From IMG/VR virus record IMGVR_UViG_3300024264_002160, positions 1 to 58,963 of that record: a stretch of DNA of 58,963 nucleotides; one strand, 5' to 3'. The translations under genes were made by a program, and so were the position numbers. Source of the DNA: a virus. Taxonomy: Duplodnaviria > Caudoviricetes. Within the stretch, counting starts at the first letter, position 1, and each line of letters opens with the position of its first letter. Positions 58,246-58,963 of this stretch are shown piece after piece. Under the pieces are notes generated by a model. It ran no database searches. It saw only the letters and a list, made by a program, of their open reading frames with translations, and was not told the origin of the DNA.

Positions 58246-58833
58246 GTCTTTGTGTATTGTTTCAGCATACAATATTTGTGCTTGTTTTCCAGGATGTGTT
58301 CCGTCAAGAGCTTTATCTGTTTCTCGAAACTTAAACATATTGCCGCCTACAGTTGTAATATTTTGCATCCAATCTTTCATTTTAAAGTCTTTACCAGTTG
58401 TAAAACTATGATAGTTTTTGATACCAATTGAATCAAGAAAAAAAGCACAATGACTGATCCTAAGTTGATTGTCTAGTTTAATATCAGTATCGCTGTAAAA
58501 GTTTTCATAAAATATATCAGTAAGTTTTTTATTTGCATAACGTGTTGACATACCTATCTTAACAGTGTTATCGTTGTTAAAAAAACAAAATCTGTGTGCA
58601 GTATTCCAATTGACTATCACAAAATCATTGTCTTGATATTCAAAGTTTACGATATTGTGCCATATTTCTTTATTACTTGCTCCTGGAACTCCACAGTTTT
58701 TTAAGTCTACTTGTAGTGTTTTAGCAAGCACAGAAGGCCACGAGTATATACTAGGAACAGTTGGTGTATCTATGTTATCATCTAGCGCATAGCCAAAAGT
58801 GATACTATCTCCAAATGCTACTAGTCTATTCAT
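58228..58833 (-). CDS. SGNH/GDSL hydrolase or acyltransferase
   Basis: 'AFGDSITFG', 'N.GVPGASN' and 'DGTHPG'. Confidence 0.75.
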   Translation of the reverse strand: MNRLVAFGDSITFGYALDDNIDTPTVPSIYSWPSVLAKTLQVDLKNCGVPGASNKEIWHNIVNFEYQDNDFVIVNWNTAHRFCFFNNDNTVKIGMSTRYANKKLTDIFYENFYSDTDIKLDNQLRISHCAFFLDSIGIKNYHSFTTGKDFKMKDWMQNITTVGGNMFKFRETDKALDGTHPGKQAQILYAETIHKDLKETM

Positions 58834-58963
58834 ACCGCCATTGGAGCCTTGATAGTATCCATTGGATTGTAACCCATTAATTTATAGTCTTCAGTCTTTG
58901 TACTTAGTAATTGTTCCAGGTTGTCGAACGATGGCATCACTAACATTGGATGTTTTCTGGTTG
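58830..58963 (-). CDS. thyA: Thymidylate synthase, C-terminal fragment (runs off window)
   Basis: A minus-strand frame reads TRKHPMLVMPSFDNLEQLLSTKTEDYKLMGYNPMDTIKAPMAV*. '..Y.P...IKAPMAV' is the canonical ThyA C-terminus. Its TGA overlaps the ATG of the SGNH gene. Confidence 0.8.
   Translation of the reverse strand, partial: TRKHPMLVMPSFDNLEQLLSTKTEDYKLMGYNPMDTIKAPMAV

Noticed and set aside
11170-58833. RiPP cluster interpretation of the island
   Set aside because: I found no clear precursor array, PqqD/RRE domain, peptidase or exporter, and the accessory genes are carbohydrate-type. It is disfavoured but not fully excluded (see the 37257 ORF and the rSAM 2 tail).
1-58963. CRISPR arrays, tRNA/rRNA genes, IS elements, introns or inteins
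   Set aside because: Intergenic gaps are all under ~90 bp. I saw no spaced direct repeats, cloverleaf, transposase, homing endonuclease or intein motif by eye. A covariance-model scan was not run.
1-58963. Stop-codon reassignment as in some large phages
   Set aside because: Genes are full-length in the standard code, and TAA, TAG and TGA all terminate genes at junctions with the next start.

Overview
This 59-kb window is AT-rich, almost gap-free coding sequence that reads as part of a large T4-like or jumbo myophage genome. That assignment is an inference from the structural genes, the T4-late-type (T)ATAAATA promoter motifs and the thyA fragment at the right edge. Positions 1-11.1 kb hold a virion structural module: a 5'-truncated >2,700-aa baseplate/tail protein with nested internal domains, a small baseplate-type protein, a fibre with an autocleaving chaperone domain, and another structural protein. 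From 11.2 kb to 58.8 kb runs a ~47-kb biosynthetic island. It encodes 21 radical SAM enzymes in four architectures, including one cobalamin-dependent enzyme. It also encodes ~6 glycosyltransferase-like proteins, a UDP-glucose-type dehydrogenase, and a NodU/CmcH carbamoyltransferase followed by an unannotated 38-aa 'PFIY' peptide. The remaining tailoring genes are 3 methyltransferases, 2 SGNH proteins, 2 minimal SDRs, 2 Fe(II)/2OG-type oxygenases, a sulfotransferase, a QueC-like PP-loop enzyme, a nitroreductase, two hydrolases and a possible GNAT. The best hypothesis is a late-expressed phage pathway that builds and heavily tailors a glycan, on virion proteins or alternatively on DNA or the host surface, using radical chemistry. 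All functional calls come from motif reading only; no database searches were run.
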